A stretch of DNA of 64,000 bases, taken from contig CAVOKF010000008.1 in the NCBI GenBank assembly GCA_963696385.1, forward strand, positions 1-64,000, in the 5' to 3' direction. The stretch is from an uncultured delta proteobacterium (GTDB taxonomy: Bacteria > Myxococcota_A > Polyangia > Polyangiales > Polyangiaceae). Under the pieces are notes generated by a model. It was not told the origin of the DNA. It made no database searches and worked only from the letters and a program-made list of their open reading frames with translations. Below, piece by piece: positions 1-8,861 of the stretch (positions are counted from its first letter, which is position 1; each line of letters begins with the position of its first letter). A program made the translations under genes and the position numbers.

Positions 1-16
1 AGGACGCATGACCCGC

Positions 17-133
17 CGACTCTCGTCCCTCGTCCCCCTACGGGGGACGACGGTCGGGACGAGAGTCGCGGGACGAGAGTCACCGCCGTCCGGGACGAGG
101 GTGGGACGACAGTCGGACGAGCGGACGAGAGTC
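17..133. repeat. Iteron-like GGACGAG(AGTC) repeats plus long hairpin; putative replication origin of the element
   Basis: GGGACGAGAGTC at 56-67 and 70-81, GGACGAGAGTC at 123-133, partial copies near 92, 103 and 115, inverted copy at 18-29. Stem TCGTCCCCC-TAC-GGGGGACGA at 30-50. Lies directly downstream of the helicase gene. Confidence 0.6.
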
Positions 134-1358
134 ATGCGCCCTCCGCCTTAGAGTCATTCGCCCGCGGCAGAGGTCGGTCGCTCGCGGGGGCCATGTGCTT
201 CACGTAAAGGCGCACGCCGCCCCGCGGCGCCGGTCTCGAGACGACGTCGCCATCCGCCAGCAGTTGCTTGACGGCAGCGCGCACGGTCTGCGCTCGGATA
301 CCGAGGCGCTCGGCGACGGCTTCCGCCCCGGCAATCGCAGGATTCGCGCGGATGCAGTCGCGGGCGGCCGCCAGGGCCGCGCTGAACTTCGCATCCGGCG
401 CCGGCTGCTTTTCCTTCATCTCCTCCCGGTCTACATGCAGGACCCGCAACCCCCACTTCGGATCCTGCCCCTCCGGCCCGCCGGCCACGTCCTCAATGCG
501 CAGTCCGAAGTCGGCGGCCTCGTGGCCGAGCTCGCGGTCCTTCTCGTGTGTGACGAGCGTCACGAGGTCCCCCTTCTTCTTGCTCATCACCAGCATCGAC
601 TGGAACTCGTCGGCAATGGCGCTCGAGCCCCGCGCCATCTCGCGGCGCGATCGCGTCTCCCCCTCCTTGGGCGTCTTGCCGCCGTGGTGAATCAAGGCCA
701 CGGCCGCGTCCGCGGCGTCGGAAGCCTGCGTCAGGACCCGGATGAGGTCACGGACCTCGCTCGAGTTTTCGTTCACCGCTCCGATCATGCACCGCAGCGA
801 ATCGCACGTGACCAGCCGCACCCCTTCAAACTCGCGTTTGAAGTGATCCACGGCTTTTTCAGTCGTCAGGTTCAACTCCGGAAAGATCGCAATCCGCACC
901 CTGCGGCTTTCGAGGAGCTGACGCAGCTCCTCATCGGCCAAGCCCAGAGCCCGCGCGAGCCGCCGGATTCGCTTCTTCGTATGACGCTTGCCCTGTTCGT
1001 AATCGAGGTGCAGCCAGGCCCCTGACTTGACCCGCCAGAGCCCCCAAAGGTCCTTGCCCGACGCGACCGAGAGCCCAAACGAGAACGTCGCAATCGTCTT
1101 GCCCGAGTACTGCTGCCCGATGATCCCGGTCGGTGGCCCCGAGCAAAGGCCGAGGGCCGGCACGACGAGGTTCGTGTCCGATTCTTCCGCGAAGAAATCC
1201 TCGGCGGACAGGTACTGGAGCAGGCGCCGGGGCAGCTTCGCACTCGGCACCGCCGCCCGGTCGAGCTGCTCCTGGGTGGCGGCCGGATAGTGCGCGCCGT
1301 TCGCGCCATGAGCCTTGGGCGCCGGCGGCGCGTACGGATCGAATCGGCGGTCGGCCAT
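132..1358 (-). CDS. AAA_25/RepA-like (RecA-fold) replicative helicase with C-terminal HTH
   Basis: Walker A GQQYSGKT, LHLDYE, Walker B LVTCDSLR, IHHGGK and ARGSSAI motifs typical of RepA/AAA_25 helicases. C-terminal AEAVAERLGIRAQTVRAAVKQL is HTH-like. Confidence 0.8.
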   Translation of the reverse strand: MADRRFDPYAPPAPKAHGANGAHYPAATQEQLDRAAVPSAKLPRRLLQYLSAEDFFAEESDTNLVVPALGLCSGPPTGIIGQQYSGKTIATFSFGLSVASGKDLWGLWRVKSGAWLHLDYEQGKRHTKKRIRRLARALGLADEELRQLLESRRVRIAIFPELNLTTEKAVDHFKREFEGVRLVTCDSLRCMIGAVNENSSEVRDLIRVLTQASDAADAAVALIHHGGKTPKEGETRSRREMARGSSAIADEFQSMLVMSKKKGDLVTLVTHEKDRELGHEAADFGLRIEDVAGGPEGQDPKWGLRVLHVDREEMKEKQPAPDAKFSAALAAARDCIRANPAIAGAEAVAERLGIRAQTVRAAVKQLLADGDVVSRPAPRGGVRLYVKHMAPASDRPLPRANDSKAEGA

Positions 1359-1370
1359 CCCATTCGGCGG

Positions 1371-2339
1371 TCATGTTCCGGCCCTCCCCCGCGCCAGACC
1401 ATCGGCAATCGTGCGTTCGCCCTCGTGCGCTCTCGCCTCGCCTGCGACGGCAATGAACGCCGGCAGAAGAGCCCCGTAGACCTCATCGTCCGTCAGCCCG
1501 AGCGCCGGCCGCGCCAAGGAAGCGGCCTCGCGGAACAGACAAGCATGCCGCTGCCCCTCGAGTGCGGTGCGCACTTCGTCCTCCGCTCGACGGAGCGCGC
1601 CTTCGCGGTAGGCATCCGCGTGCTGTTCTCGCACGACCGGTGCCACCCGTGGGGGCGGCGGCGGGGCTTGCGGGATTCTGGCGATGTCGAGCGGCTCGCC
1701 ACCGGTCGCCAAAAAGTCGAACGACCGCGACGGATGAAACATCGGCGCATAATTCAGGCGTGTGACGTCGGAAGCGCCTTCGTCGATGTCGCCCTCGACC
1801 CGCGATCGCTTGTCGGGGCGGACGTAACCCCACGCATAGAGCTGCTCGCGCATCGCCGCGTGCGCCCGCTTGTACGCCAGCCAATCGGCGCATGGCTCGC
1901 TCAAGAGGAGCACGACGCGGCAGCGCGGCGCCTCGGGCGTCGACTTGTACGTCGAATGAATCGCCTTGCAGAAAGGGGCGAGCGCCGAGGCCGCACGACG
2001 GACCTCCCCATGCCCGTCGATGTCGATCGTCATGACGTGCGTGTGAATGAACGCACTCGTCTCCCGCCAGTTGTCCCGGTACAGGCCGCCCGCCCAGCCG
2101 CCCTCGGCCGCCTTGGCGATCTGCGGATCGCGATACTTCCACGGATCCCCCGCGACGCCGCGCGACAGGTACCCGACGATCTCGGGCCAACGCATTCGGC
2201 ATGCGATGCCGATGTGTCGGGTCGCAAAGCGACCAATCTCGCCTGTCGGGAAGATCCGCCAGTCCGGCAGCGCCAGAATATCGAGCGGCTCCTCGAGCCG
2301 CTTCGCGGTCACGACGCCCCTGCCCTTTCCGTCGCTCAC
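1371..2339 (-). CDS. Putative primase (AEP/prim-pol-like) with PriCT-like C-terminus
   Basis: DIDG acidic motif, IHSTYKS..PRCRVVLLLSEP, DVTRLNYAP, and C-terminal EGQRHACLFREAASL. GTG start at 2339 overlaps the upstream stop (GTGA). Directly precedes the helicase. Confidence 0.65.
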   Translation of the reverse strand: MSDGKGRGVVTAKRLEEPLDILALPDWRIFPTGEIGRFATRHIGIACRMRWPEIVGYLSRGVAGDPWKYRDPQIAKAAEGGWAGGLYRDNWRETSAFIHTHVMTIDIDGHGEVRRAASALAPFCKAIHSTYKSTPEAPRCRVVLLLSEPCADWLAYKRAHAAMREQLYAWGYVRPDKRSRVEGDIDEGASDVTRLNYAPMFHPSRSFDFLATGGEPLDIARIPQAPPPPPRVAPVVREQHADAYREGALRRAEDEVRTALEGQRHACLFREAASLARPALGLTDDEVYGALLPAFIAVAGEARAHEGERTIADGLARGRAGT

Positions 2340-2767
2340 GGCTTGCTCTCGCTGTCGAGACGTAGCCCGAGGTCGCGCACCAGGTCGGCGGGAGACCACG
2401 CCTTCTTCGGCGTCGTCGCCGGCGCGTCGCTCGCCGGAAGGAGCCCTGGCCTCGTACCTTGCGTGGCAAGCCAACGTTCGTAAGCCGCTCGCGGCACGGT
2501 GACCCAACGTCCAAGCCGCACCGCATCGGGAATCCTCGGCGCCAGTTGTCGCCACGCCCTCGGCCGCTGCGCATACTCGCGCGGCCGCGGGCCGTCGCGG
2601 TGAGTCGAATACGCCGACGGCTCGGCCGCCAGACCCGCCGACAGGCGCGCCAGGACGATCTCCGCGGCCCGCGCGGCGACGCGCTCGACATCGACGATCC
2701 CTCGGCCCGACTCGCTTTCGATCGAGTGAGCCTGCCCCGGCCCATGCCGCGTCCGTTTGGTCATCAT
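2336..2767 (-). CDS. Small DNA-binding / excisionase-like protein
   Basis: AVRLGRWVTVPRAAYERWL resembles the wing/helix of HTH_17-type excisionases. Translationally coupled to both neighbours (ATGA and GTGA overlaps). Confidence 0.5.
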   Translation of the reverse strand: MMTKRTRHGPGQAHSIESESGRGIVDVERVAARAAEIVLARLSAGLAAEPSAYSTHRDGPRPREYAQRPRAWRQLAPRIPDAVRLGRWVTVPRAAYERWLATQGTRPGLLPASDAPATTPKKAWSPADLVRDLGLRLDSESKP

Positions 2768-3057
2768 GGCCAGCGCCCGGTGAGCGGCACTCGCAGATCA
2801 TCGGGTCCGCTCGGTGCCGGTCGGCGAATCGGAAAGCGGAAGCGCCACGTGCCGCGCGTCCGGAAGGCCATGACGCCGGCTGGCAGCCGGACGGCCGCAA
2901 TCGTACCGCAGACCACGGCTTCGCGATCGCAGTGGCAGCGCAGTTCAAAAGGATCGATCTGGAGCACGGCGGCCGCCTCTTCCAGCGTGGCGAGCACTCC
3001 GGGCAGATAGAAGTGCCCTGCTGTGGGGCAAACAGAATGATCCGGGGCGTTTTTCAT
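2764..3057 (-). CDS. Small HTH-like mobile-element protein
   Basis: TLEEAAAVLQIDPFELRCHC...GVMAFRTRGTWRFRFP gives a MerR/Xis-like pattern. First gene of the coupled operon. Confidence 0.45.
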   Translation of the reverse strand: MKNAPDHSVCPTAGHFYLPGVLATLEEAAAVLQIDPFELRCHCDREAVVCGTIAAVRLPAGVMAFRTRGTWRFRFPIRRPAPSGPDDLRVPLTGRWP

Positions 3058-3675
3058 AGGCGGACTCCGGGCAAAGCGTTGGCGTGGCCGCGAGCACACG
3101 ACTCGCGGAGACAGAGCGATGACGTCAGACCTGCTCAACCGGGGGGCGGATTCGGGAAGAGGACCTTCCCGCGTGTGGCCTCGCGACTTCGATCACGGTC
3201 GAGAAAGCTGAGCTGGGCGTGAGCCTGAAGCAGGCGCAGTCATGTCCTCTTGGCAAGGGCGCAGGGCGCGCCGTCGGCGGACCCGTGAGCGGGTGGGGTC
3301 TAGATCGCAGGCAAAAGTCGTCACGAATCCGGAAATGATCCCGATGGGCCGGCGCGCGCGACGCATGGCTTTGGCTCCATTCCGGGGAAATCGATTTGAG
3401 TCTTTCGAAGAAAGCCGAATGCGGCGGGCCGGGACCGATCGAGCCTATTGGGACATTGGTCGATCGAAACGCCGGTGCCGCCGCGGGCGATCGCGGCGGA
3501 CGAGCGCGTACGCTTTGAGGTTGGCCACGGGCGGGTACAGCCGATGGCGGTCCGCGAATGGTGCGGTGGTTCATGGCCCGCCCTATCGCAAGCTGCGGGC
3601 CAGGCCGCGACAGGCGACCTCTCGCGCCTAACCGCACGAAATCATGGACTCACGGATGCGCGTCAGAGGGGGGGG

Positions 3676-3721
3676 TGGTCAATCATTGCTGACCAGGGGG
3701 GTCAATAATTATTGACCCCCC
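3676..3721. repeat. Two tandem GGTCA-N-TGACC palindromes (protein-binding site or IS-end remnant)
   Basis: TGGTCA-atcattgc-TGACCA (3676-3695) followed by the perfect 26-bp palindrome GGGGGGTCAATAATTATTGACCCCCC (3696-3721). Confidence 0.6.
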
Positions 3722-3946
3722 TCCCCTTGCCCGCGGCGCGATTAGCCATTTCCATCAGGGTGGAAGAGCGTCGGACTCCCGGTAGGGCGAAGCCATACGG
3801 CGACATATTGGAGCCCATTGGATCGATATCGCATTTGACAGATTCGAATACCGGACTCAGATTGCCCGTCGCTTCCAAGCACCGTCGCCTCCGTGCGAGT
3901 GGCGCTCGGACTCGGGGCGAGTGTTGTCAGGCTGCGCGGAGGACCT

Positions 3947-4421
3947 ATGCGTGCGTTGGCGCTTTTGTCGCTGCTCGTGCTGTCTCTGGCTGGACTCTGG
4001 GTTTCGACCGAGTACGTCGCCGCCAAGCTTCATTTCCCTCCCGAGATCGGCGTGCCTTGGGTCGTCGTCGGATCGTGGCCCGTGTATCCGCCGTGGGGTT
4101 GGCTTTTCTGGAGCCCGATCGCCGAGTCGCGTGCGCCCACCGTCTTTCGGAACGCGAGCGGCATCACGACAATCGGCGCGATCGCCGGCTGTGCGACCGC
4201 CGCGCTCGCGGCCGTGCGCCAAGCCCACCGGCCCGAGTCGCTCCCACGGCAGCTCCCGGTGGGCCACGACGACCGAGATGCGTCGCGCGGGACTCTTGCG
4301 CGACGCCGGCGTCGTCCTCGGCCAAACGAACGACGCCGTCTTTCGACACACGGTCGACGCCGCCGGCCGCAAGAAAACCGCGTTCCGCAAAGCGGCCAGT
4401 GGTGCGCGGCGAACGGCGTGA
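3947..4421 (+). pseudogene. N-terminal fragment of VirD4/TraG type IV coupling protein, frameshifted and truncated
   Basis: GGAGG RBS, then two hydrophobic segments with PVYPPWGWLFW. A second frame gives SHGSSRWATTTEMRRAGLLRDAGVVLGQ, the conserved TraG 'HGSARWA' region. No ATPase domain follows. Confidence 0.75.
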
Positions 4422-5215
4422 GCCTTCGCGCCCTCAAGGCCGCGACCATCAGCGCCTACCTGCACGGCCTTCAGGACGGCGAGAACGGTATGTCGCTCGC
4501 AAGCGTCAAGCTCACGGCATCGGGCCTGCGGCACTGGCTCGATTACCTGACCGAATACGGGGTGCTGCCCCACAACCCTGCCCGCTCGGTGCGCACACCG
4601 CGCCTTGTTGTGCGCGAGGGCAAGACGCCCGTGATGGATCGCGACCAGGGCCGCAGGCTCTTTGCGTCGCTCGACGCGGCGGTCGCCACAGGCGACCTGC
4701 GGGCGTTGCGCGACCGCGCGCTGATGGCGCTCATGCTCTACGGCTTCGTCCGCGTCGGCGCGGCCGTCGCGATGCGCATGCGGGACTTCGAGGATGAAGG
4801 CGAGCACGCAAACCTCGTCCTCCACGAAAAAGGCGGCAAGGAGCGGCGCATCGCCTGCCACCACAAGACCCGAGAGTACCTGCGGGCCTACATCCAGGCG
4901 GCAGGATTCGAGCCACGCGCGAAGGTCGCGCTGTGCCAGACTGCCCCTCGACGGTCGTCTGCGCTCACGGGCGAAGCGATGACGATTGACGACGCACTGC
5001 GCGCTGTGAAACGACGTTGCAGAGTGGCCGGTCTCCCCTCCTCTATCTGCAACCATTCGTTCAGGGCAACGGGCATCACCGTGCACCAGGAGAACGGTGG
5101 GCGGCTCGAGGACGCCCAGGACCTGGCAGGCCATGCCGACGCGCGCACGACGCGCCTCTATATCCGCAAAGAGCGTAAGATCGCGCAGGCCGAAGTGGAG
5201 AGGGTGCAGTTGTGA
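4397..5215 (+). CDS. Tyrosine recombinase (resolvase-type), N-terminus apparently truncated or fused
   Basis: HNPARSV, GKTPVM, LRDRAL, catalytic R (FVRVGA), K (HEKGGK), HSFR, AGHAD, and Y (TTRLY). Confidence 0.85.
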   Translation, partial: QWCAANGVSLRALKAATISAYLHGLQDGENGMSLASVKLTASGLRHWLDYLTEYGVLPHNPARSVRTPRLVVREGKTPVMDRDQGRRLFASLDAAVATGDLRALRDRALMALMLYGFVRVGAAVAMRMRDFEDEGEHANLVLHEKGGKERRIACHHKTREYLRAYIQAAGFEPRAKVALCQTAPRRSSALTGEAMTIDDALRAVKRRCRVAGLPSSICNHSFRATGITVHQENGGRLEDAQDLAGHADARTTRLYIRKERKIAQAEVERVQL

Positions 5216-5225
5216 GGGGGAGCGA

Positions 5226-8200
5226 GTGACCGTTCGTCAGTCGGCGTTTCGCGAAGCACTGCAAGTGTCACCGGAGCGCATCGCCGCGCTTGATGAGGTC
5301 GATCTCAATGTGCTCCTAGGGGACCTTCTTCGCGCCCACGCGTACCGATGCGGTGCAAAGGTCTCGGAAGTCAACGTCAACACCGAGGGCAAGGCCAAGG
5401 ATGACGGCTGTGACGGATGGTCCCCAGCCCCGCCCGTCGTGGACGAGTGGTTCGGCCCCGCCGTCACCTGCTGGCAGTTCAAGGCACGGGGCAACGGAAC
5501 CCCTGCCAATCTCCGGGGTGAGGTTCGGAAGCGAATCCCCCGCGAGACGTTGAAGGCTGGCGGGCGCTTTGTCGTCATCGCAAGCGGGTCCAAGAGCGGT
5601 CCGAGAGGAGAAAGGGACCGGCTCGCGACCCTCCTTGCCGAAGCGAAGAGCTCAAAGATTCCGAGAAAGCACATCGTGGTACTCGGAAGCGAGCGCCTGA
5701 CCACATGGTGCAATCAGCATCCCGCGGTCGCCGCCCGGTTCGCGGGCTACCGGGACGGCGTGTGGCTCTTGGATGACTGGGCGAACTCCGAGCCGCACCG
5801 GGTCACTTGGCAGTCGACGCCGACACTCGACCAGGAACTCGACCGCCTGCGTCAAGGACTCGACTTCGCAGGGGGCGCGCTTGTCCATGTGCACATCCAG
5901 GGCCATCCCGGCGTCGGCAAGACGCGGTTCGTACTTGAGCTGTGCCAACGCGCGCCGTGGAAAAGCACCGTGGTGTACGTCCGCAATGCGTCCGACCTTC
6001 GTCTCAGCGAGCTAATCGACGGGGCAACATCCGACGCTGGCGTCCGTGTCCTTGTCGTTGCGGACGAAGTCCAATCGGCGCAGCTCCCTACCCTGCGCGA
6101 CTCTTTGGACCGGGGCGGTGGCCGCGTGCGGCTCATCACGATCGGGCATTGCAAGACCCCCGATCCAACCCGGATACCTGCGGTGTCCCTTGCACCGCTC
6201 GACATGCAGGCGATGGCCCGTGTCATCACGGGTTGGCATCAGGCTCTGCCCAGGGAGCACGTCGAGTTCGTGGCACGCTTCGCCGACGGATACGTACGCC
6301 TCGCGAAGCTGGCATCCGATGCCGTCGCGCAGAACCACTCCCTCGACGTGCGCGGTCTGCTCAGCCTCGATCACATTCGGATGTTCCTCGACCGCATGCT
6401 CGACGGTGGCGATCGCCGAGCCCTCCACGTCGTGGCGGTGCTCAGCAACGTCGGCTGGGAAGACGAGCGCGCGATTGAGGGCCAGGCCATCGCTCAGCAC
6501 TTCGGGCTTGATTGGAACGACGTTCGCGTGAAGGTCGAGAAATTTCAGGATCAGCATGGGATCGCACCGCGCGGGGGACGCTGCCGGTACATTTCCCCGA
6601 CGCCGCTCGGAATCCGCCTCGCCGTCGAAGCGTGGACCGCGCACTCGGACCTGCTCAGGACCCTGCCCGCCGCGCTCCCCACCGAGGCGGCCAAGGCCGC
6701 GTACTACGAGCGGCTGGAAGAGATCGCGAGCAACCCTTATGCCCGGAAGTTCGCGCAGGAGGAGCTGGCCTTTTTTTTTAGCGTGATGAACTTCGTGGAG
6801 CCGTTTGAGGCGCGCCGGTGGTCGGCCCTTTCTGCCGCTGATCCCGCTCTCGCGGCGCGCAACATTCTGCAGGCCTTGTCGGCGGCGACGGTCGATGAAC
6901 GGCTCACGATCCAGGAAAGGGCCCGGCGCGAAGTCGTCCACGCGTTGGTCCGCCTTGCGTGGAACCGAGCTTCGTTCCGGGCCGCAACGATGTCGCTTGC
7001 GCTGCTTGGGGAAGCGGAGAACGAGACTTGGGCGAACAACGCCAGCAAGGAATTTGTCAACCGGTTCGAGCTCGCCCTGAGCGGCACCTCCGTGCCGTAC
7101 ACGGAGCGGCTCGGCGTGGTCGACGACCTTGTAACTCTAAAGCGCCCTGCCCTCGATCGTCTCGTCGTTCGGGCCCTCGCCCGCGTCGGCAATCGCCACC
7201 ATGTGCGGATGAGCAGCGGTCCGCCATCCGACGCCGCGCCGGAGCCGGAGTGGCATGCGACGACGGCCGCTGAGGTTATTGCCTGCGTCGAGCAGGCGCT
7301 GGCGCGTCTCACCGCCATGGCGAAGGTTGCGAGCCCGGAGATTCTGGGAGAGCTCGTGACCGCCGCGCAGGAACTGTCGATGCTGCTTCGGGAAAGTGCC
7401 GTCCGTGGCGTCGTCGTCGGATTTCTCGAGGCGCTGCGCGATGCGCATCCGTCTACCCGGGAGCCGCTGCGCAGGGTCATCGCGGACATTCTGTTCCGCG
7501 AAAGGAAGTACTGGAACGACCTGTCTCCCGAGGAGCTGGCGGCAATCGAGGCAGTGCATGCGCGCTTCGAGGACGCGTCGCGCAGCGGTCGCCTCAGGCA
7601 GCAGGTCGGGCCGGGAATGTGGGAAAAAGAGGAGACCCCGGACACGCTGGTGGAGCTGGCGGCGGAGTTTGTGGACGACCCTGACGCTCTTGCCCACGAG
7701 TGGCCCTGGCTGACGTCCGGGGAAGCCAGCGACGCGTGGAAGTTCGGCGAATGCCTCGCTGCTGCCGACCGCGACGGCGCGTTCGACGACGTGCTGCCTG
7801 GGCTGCCGGGACGCGGTCCCGATCTTCGCGTCGTCTGCGGGTACGTCGCAACCCGGCGGCAGCAGCGTGGAGATGCGTGGTTTGATGCATGGATGACCAG
7901 GCACCTCGCGGCGCGGCCGGATGATTTCGCGCTGTTGTTCGAGGTGAGCTGGCGCGGCGGAGTGACGGCAGCGACGGCACACCTGCTCGCGACCACCCTC
8001 AGCTCGAGGGAGGTGCCGCCGCAGTTCACCCACCAGCTGGAGAACGGCGCATGGCCACATGTGCTGCCGCTTGACGCACTCACGGAGATTCTGTCGGCGC
8101 TGACGGCGCGCAAGCATCGCGCCGTGGCGATCGCCGTGCTGGATCACCGGCTCAGGCACCATCCGGAAGACCTCGAACCGCTGCGCACCCTCGCCCGCGA

Positions 8201-8861
8201 TCTGGTCACCAGTGGCGACGTGATTCGCCGGGGGACCACGATGACGGACTATTACTGGAAGGAGGTCGCGGTCAGGCTGCTACCGCAAGCTGCAAGCGCC
8301 ATTGCAGCGGCGATCTTCCGTGAGCAGGCTGACCGGAGCGACCGAACGTGGTTCGCCGAGTACAGCACCGCGACGGAGGTCATCGCTCGCGTTGTACAGG
8401 CCGATCCGGCGGGGGTCTGGCGCGCGCTTGCCCCGCACCTCCGCTCGGTTGGCGAAGGCCTCCACTTCAGCATCGGCTTTCCGTTGGGGGTGCTCGACCA
8501 GATGCCCGGCGATGACGTGGGACGGTGGGTCGAGGAGCAACCGGAGGAGCGGGCGGCGGTGATTGCCCGGCTCGTGAGCAAAAACGTATCCAGCGACGAT
8601 ACCTTGATGGCGCGCGTGCTCGGCCAATTCGGCGACAATAAGAGAATAGCCAGTAGCTTTTTCTCGGCATACGTGTCGGGTAGCTGGATGGGCCCATCCT
8701 CGGAGCACTGGGCCCGTCTCGCGGAAGGACTGGAGCTCGTCGTGAAAACGACGAAGCTTCCCAAGTTGCGCATATGGGCAGAGGAAGCGGCGCGGGGGCT
8801 TCGCGAGATGTCGCAGCGTGATGGTCAGCGGGAAGAGGAAGAGGCGTTGCGCGGTCGGTAG
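5226..8861 (+). CDS. Predicted PD-(D/E)xK nuclease-like + STAND-type NTPase + long helical C-terminus (NLR/Avs-like candidate defence protein)
   Basis: N-terminal DDGCDG...CWQFKA motif, Walker A GHPGVGKT, Walker B VLVVADEV, followed by several hundred residues of helical-looking sequence. GTG start at 5226 follows a purine-rich RBS. Confidence 0.7.
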   Translation: MTVRQSAFREALQVSPERIAALDEVDLNVLLGDLLRAHAYRCGAKVSEVNVNTEGKAKDDGCDGWSPAPPVVDEWFGPAVTCWQFKARGNGTPANLRGEVRKRIPRETLKAGGRFVVIASGSKSGPRGERDRLATLLAEAKSSKIPRKHIVVLGSERLTTWCNQHPAVAARFAGYRDGVWLLDDWANSEPHRVTWQSTPTLDQELDRLRQGLDFAGGALVHVHIQGHPGVGKTRFVLELCQRAPWKSTVVYVRNASDLRLSELIDGATSDAGVRVLVVADEVQSAQLPTLRDSLDRGGGRVRLITIGHCKTPDPTRIPAVSLAPLDMQAMARVITGWHQALPREHVEFVARFADGYVRLAKLASDAVAQNHSLDVRGLLSLDHIRMFLDRMLDGGDRRALHVVAVLSNVGWEDERAIEGQAIAQHFGLDWNDVRVKVEKFQDQHGIAPRGGRCRYISPTPLGIRLAVEAWTAHSDLLRTLPAALPTEAAKAAYYERLEEIASNPYARKFAQEELAFFFSVMNFVEPFEARRWSALSAADPALAARNILQALSAATVDERLTIQERARREVVHALVRLAWNRASFRAATMSLALLGEAENETWANNASKEFVNRFELALSGTSVPYTERLGVVDDLVTLKRPALDRLVVRALARVGNRHHVRMSSGPPSDAAPEPEWHATTAAEVIACVEQALARLTAMAKVASPEILGELVTAAQELSMLLRESAVRGVVVGFLEALRDAHPSTREPLRRVIADILFRERKYWNDLSPEELAAIEAVHARFEDASRSGRLRQQVGPGMWEKEETPDTLVELAAEFVDDPDALAHEWPWLTSGEASDAWKFGECLAAADRDGAFDDVLPGLPGRGPDLRVVCGYVATRRQQRGDAWFDAWMTRHLAARPDDFALLFEVSWRGGVTAATAHLLATTLSSREVPPQFTHQLENGAWPHVLPLDALTEILSALTARKHRAVAIAVLDHRLRHHPEDLEPLRTLARDLVTSGDVIRRGTTMTDYYWKEVAVRLLPQAASAIAAAIFREQADRSDRTWFAEYSTATEVIARVVQADPAGVWRALAPHLRSVGEGLHFSIGFPLGVLDQMPGDDVGRWVEEQPEERAAVIARLVSKNVSSDDTLMARVLGQFGDNKRIASSFFSAYVSGSWMGPSSEHWARLAEGLELVVKTTKLPKLRIWAEEAARGLREMSQRDGQREEEEALRGR

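Noticed and set aside
1371..2948. 525-aa version of the primase ORF
   Set aside because: The upstream ~200 codons overlap two better-supported small genes. The GTGA overlap at 2336-2339 marks the likely start.
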